DNA of 17,187 nt, from contig JBGOUV010000108.1 of assembly GCA_041477815.1 (NCBI GenBank), positions 1 through 17,187 on the forward strand. The letters run 5' to 3'. Positions 14,522 to 17,187 of the stretch are shown piece by piece (position 1 is the stretch's first letter; each line of letters opens with the position of its first letter). The position numbers and the translations under genes were made by a program. The notes beneath the pieces are model-generated. The model was not told the origin of the DNA, searched no databases, and worked only from the letters and a program-made list of their open reading frames with translations. The DNA comes from Terriglobia bacterium (GTDB lineage: Bacteria; Acidobacteriota; Terriglobia; Bryobacterales; JACQDG01).

Positions 14522-16495
14522 GTGATATTCAACCTCGAAGTATTGATGCTCGCCGCGGCCGCCGCGGTCGTTGTCGCGGTCCTTCTCCTCAACTCCATCT
14601 ACAGTATCGGTCCCACCGAGGTGGGACTGGTCCGCAAGCGTTTCGGAGCCAACCTGCCCGGCGATAACCCGCTGGCGTTTCGCGGGGAGGCGGGCTACCA
14701 GGCGGAAATGCTCATGCCCGGCCTGCGCTTCAAACTGTGCCTGGTTTTTGCCGTCACCAAGCATCCCTGGGTACAGGTGCCCGCCGGACAGATCGGCGTG
14801 GTCATCGCTCAAGTCGGCCAGGCGCTGCCCATTGGCGCCAAGTCGGCGGTGTACAAGCCGGAGTTCGGAAATTTCACGGACCTGAAAGTCTTCGTCGAGA
14901 AGGGCGGACAGAAGGGTGTACAGCGGCCGGTCTTGTCGCCCGGCACCATGGCTCCCATCCATCCCGCCGCTTTCCTGGTCATCACCCAGCCGGAGGTTTT
15001 CGGCGTTCCCGTTTCCTCCGACCTGAGAACACTAGCTCAAAAGAAGCGCCAGCTCACCTACGAGGCCTTCGGACTGGGGGAAAAGCAACTCCAGGTAACC
15101 CGTATCTCTCCGCACCCCTCCGAGGCCGGCAGAGTAGTGGATATGATAGGCATCGTCACCACCCTGGAGGGCGAGCCTTTGCCCGGCGGCGACATTGCCA
15201 GCCGGCTCGGCAGCTTCGCCGACATCGACGCGCTGGAGGGGCGAGCCGGCGCGGACACGGCCACCGACGCCAGACTCATCGAGACCATACTGGGCAACCA
15301 AAACGACAAGCACCGCGCCTACCAGGACTTTCAGAAGTTCCTGGAGCTCGGCGGCAAGATCGGGCTGCAGCACGATCCCTTGCTGTACGGCGCCTACAAC
15401 CTCAACCCCTTCCTGGTGCGGGTCGAGGAGGTGCCCATGCTGGTGGTCGAGCAGGGCCAGGTGGCGGTCGTCAAGGCCTACTCCGGTCTCCCGACGCAAG
15501 ATACGTCAGGCGCCGAGTTCAAATTCGGCAGCCTGGTGCGGCCCGGCCATCGCGGTGTGTGGCAGGAACCGCTGCGCACGGGCAAATATCCCATTAACCC
15601 GCGCTGCTACCAGGCCGTAATCGTACCCACTTTCATCATTACGCTCAACTGGGCGGACGTCGTCTCCCAGGCTCACAATCTGGATGCGCAGCTCAAGCAG
15701 GTGGAGGCCAAGAGCAGCGAAGGCTTCCACTTCGCCATCGATCTGCAGGTGCAGATTCACATTCCGGACACCCAGGCTCCGTATGTCATCTCCATGGTCG
15801 GAAGCGTGGCCAACCTGGTGAACGAGGTCCTGCAGGCGGCCGTCGGCAACCATTTCCGCAACAAGCTGCAGAGCATGCCGGCGGTAAAATTCATTGCCAG
15901 CCGCGAGATGGTGCAGCAAGGCGCGTTCGAGTACGTCAAGGAGGAGCTGGCCAAATACCGGGTGGAGACGCGAGGTGTGTATATCCAGGCGGTGGTGCTG
16001 CCGGAGCAGTTGGTGCAAGTCCTGACGCAACGGGAGATCGCCAATCAAGAAATAGAAACCTACAAGATGCAGAAGGCCGCGCAGGACCAGCGCACCGAAA
16101 CCGAGAAGGCCAAGGGCACGGCCGACATGCAGGCGGATCTCGCCAAGTCGCAGGTGGGAGTGGAGATCCAAAACAACCGCACCGCCGCCAGAAAGATGGA
16201 AGCCCAGGGCGAGGCGACATTTATCGAGGAGACCGGCGCGGCGCAGGGCGCGCAGGTCCGCTCCGTGGGACTGGCCCGAGCCGAGGCCTACGCCCGCCAG
16301 GTGGCGGCTCTGGGGGCCAACGCCACCGCGCTGGTGAACGCGATCGAAGCGCTCTCGAAAAGCAACGTTCCCTTCATGCCCAACACGCTGGTCATGGGCG
16401 GCGCCGAGGGCGGCACGGTGGGAGGCGTCCTGGCGCTGTTGATGCGGCAGCTCGAGGCGGGGCTGCCCCAGAAGCCGCTGCCGCCCGGTCCTTAG
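14522..16495 (+). CDS. Flotillin/SPFH (band-7) family membrane protein (YqiK-like, 657 aa)
   Basis: An N-terminal TM segment is followed by an SPFH opening EVGLVRKRFG. A long Ala/Glu/Gln-rich coiled-coil flotillin region follows (AAQDQRTETEKAKGTADMQADLAKSQVGVEIQ...). GTG at 14522 sits after GAGGAG, with an alternative ATG at 14546. Confidence 0.8.
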   Translation: MIFNLEVLMLAAAAAVVVAVLLLNSIYSIGPTEVGLVRKRFGANLPGDNPLAFRGEAGYQAEMLMPGLRFKLCLVFAVTKHPWVQVPAGQIGVVIAQVGQALPIGAKSAVYKPEFGNFTDLKVFVEKGGQKGVQRPVLSPGTMAPIHPAAFLVITQPEVFGVPVSSDLRTLAQKKRQLTYEAFGLGEKQLQVTRISPHPSEAGRVVDMIGIVTTLEGEPLPGGDIASRLGSFADIDALEGRAGADTATDARLIETILGNQNDKHRAYQDFQKFLELGGKIGLQHDPLLYGAYNLNPFLVRVEEVPMLVVEQGQVAVVKAYSGLPTQDTSGAEFKFGSLVRPGHRGVWQEPLRTGKYPINPRCYQAVIVPTFIITLNWADVVSQAHNLDAQLKQVEAKSSEGFHFAIDLQVQIHIPDTQAPYVISMVGSVANLVNEVLQAAVGNHFRNKLQSMPAVKFIASREMVQQGAFEYVKEELAKYRVETRGVYIQAVVLPEQLVQVLTQREIANQEIETYKMQKAAQDQRTETEKAKGTADMQADLAKSQVGVEIQNNRTAARKMEAQGEATFIEETGAAQGAQVRSVGLARAEAYARQVAALGANATALVNAIEALSKSNVPFMPNTLVMGGAEGGTVGGVLALLMRQLEAGLPQKPLPPGP

Positions 16496-16815
16496 CTGCA
16501 AAAACTCGGCGCTTCGCGACGGCCTGGCGGGGCGGCCCCCCGGGGCCGCTTCCCCAGAGGGCGCCCCCATGACCACCCGTTGCCAGCCACTCGTTTCTCA
16601 CCGCAGCGCGCTGCTATCGGCGCGAGTGTGTGGCCGTGTATCCCGGGCCCTTCCCGGAGCACCGCGGAGACCGCTTTCCCACCCCGTCTCCTCTCTGCCG
16701 GGCCCGCTCCAGCGGCTGCACCGGGGCGGGGGAACGTCCCAAACCGGCTCGTCCCACTACCAAGAGGCACTGAAAACGCTTCGAAAAACCCAAACACTCG
16801 GACGGGGGATTTAGT

Positions 16816-17085
16816 TCAACCTGGATTCTGTCGCGGCTTACGCGCGACAGGAATCCTTAATTTGTTAGATAGGCGCACCACCTTCGTCATGCTCAGCACC
16901 GCACGCAGCGCCTGATTCACGGCGGCATCAGTGGGAAAGGCCTCGGCCACCTCTGGGTCGAGGAGCACGAGGTTGGTCCCGGCCCGGTACTGCGCGGCGT
17001 ACTTGCCGCGAACTCCTCCCTTCATGGACGCGAAGTCGTACTCGGGGAGCATATAGTCTACGGGCTTGCGGTTAGGCTTCTTCAT
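16816..17085 (-). CDS. brnA: BrnA-like ribbon-helix-helix antitoxin (89 aa)
   Basis: EYDFASMKGGVRGKYAA...NLVLLDPEVAEAFPTDAAVNQALRAVL matches the BrnA pattern (D.s.ak.g.f......tlRLD.dVle.fk.....YQtriNavLR). ATG at 17085 follows a GGAGG SD and overlaps the 3' end of the upstream toxin gene. The tool's ORF start at 17121 lies inside the toxin gene. Confidence 0.7.
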   Translation of the reverse strand: MKKPNRKPVDYMLPEYDFASMKGGVRGKYAAQYRAGTNLVLLDPEVAEAFPTDAAVNQALRAVLSMTKVVRLSNKLRIPVARKPRQNPG

Positions 17086-17187
17086 AGAACCTCCGTTCCT
17101 GACTGGTTGCGCGTCTGGCACTGATGATCCGAATCAGGTTGTCATCCGCGGTATGGACGACCACCAGGATGCGGTCGCGGCTGGACA
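17072..17187 (-). CDS. brnT: BrnT-like (DUF497) toxin; only the C-terminal 37 codons are in the window (5'-truncated by the window edge)
   Basis: The reverse-strand translation ...RDRILVVVHTADDNLIRIISARRATSQERRFYEEA* matches the BrnT C-terminus (IRIISARRAT..ER..YEE). The toxin-then-antitoxin order with overlap is canonical for brnTA. Confidence 0.6.
   Translation of the reverse strand, partial: SSRDRILVVVHTADDNLIRIISARRATSQERRFYEEA

Noticed and set aside
16532-16549. GC-rich hairpin gcggcccc-cc-ggggccgc 37 nt downstream of the flotillin stop, considered as an intrinsic terminator
   Set aside because: A perfect 7-8 bp stem, but it is followed by ttcccc rather than a U-tract. It may still pause or terminate transcription, but it does not meet the canonical intrinsic-terminator pattern.
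3558-16576. Many long alternative-frame or antisense ORFs, for example 3558..4343 (+), 3709..4695 (-), 5871..7028 (+), 5953..6903 (-), 9197..10027 (+), 10622..11893 (-), 13653..14495 (-) and 15506..16576 (-)
   Set aside because: All overlap genes with clear homology on the other frame or strand. Their translations are dominated by R, P, G and A, as expected for out-of-frame reading of 68% GC DNA. None has a family signature.
16829-16849. Inverted repeat tgtcgcg-gcttac-gcgcgaca
   Set aside because: It lies inside the brnA coding region (C-terminal end) and is not intergenic. It is likely incidental or mRNA structure, not a terminator or operator.
1-17187. Searched by eye for CRISPR-like direct repeats, IS inverted repeats, transposase or integrase genes, and rRNA/tRNA
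   Set aside because: None found. The only repeated sequences are the FAD-oxidoreductase relic and the twin GCAAATTTGC palindromes reported above.

Overview
High-GC (~66-68%) bacterial chromosomal window, Acidobacteria-like in gene content, interrupted by two lower-GC patches (1..2250 at ~55%, 7000..8950 at ~52-60%) that look horizontally acquired. From the sequence I can support 21 genes. The core genes are a GT39/ArnT-like glycosyltransferase, fliW and csrA on the minus strand, an MFS transporter, a secreted BNR/sialidase-like protein, a secreted nitrilase-superfamily hydrolase and a long flotillin/SPFH protein. A + strand operon begins with a Phd-like antitoxin and a PIN (VapC) toxin and runs by 4-nt ATGA overlaps into two tandem FMN-dependent alpha-hydroxy-acid dehydrogenase paralogs, one of them Tat-exported. 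It continues with an MSOX-like FAD oxidoreductase and a secreted protein of unknown function. There are three toxin-antitoxin pairs: DUF433/DUF5615, Phd-VapC and BrnT-BrnA at the 3' edge. The most interesting candidate for something undescribed is the two-gene cassette at 237..1927 in the low-GC 5' patch. Its 367-aa product is an internal tandem duplication of a Rossmann-like module carrying CARF-like T-G-S-K-M motifs. It looks like a SAVED/CARF-like cyclic-nucleotide sensor with no recognisable effector, and its small partner is unrecognisable. Other notable points are a ~100-nt decayed relic of the FAD-oxidoreductase gene downstream of the secreted-protein gene, twin GCAAATTTGC palindromes 42 bp apart in the 3' region of csrA, and a 19-bp perfect palindrome abutting the antitoxin start. 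A zinc-ribbon/DUF4145 orphan sits in the lowest-GC patch. No rRNA, tRNA, CRISPR array or IS element was found. All calls rest on reading the sequence and recalled family signatures; no database search was run.
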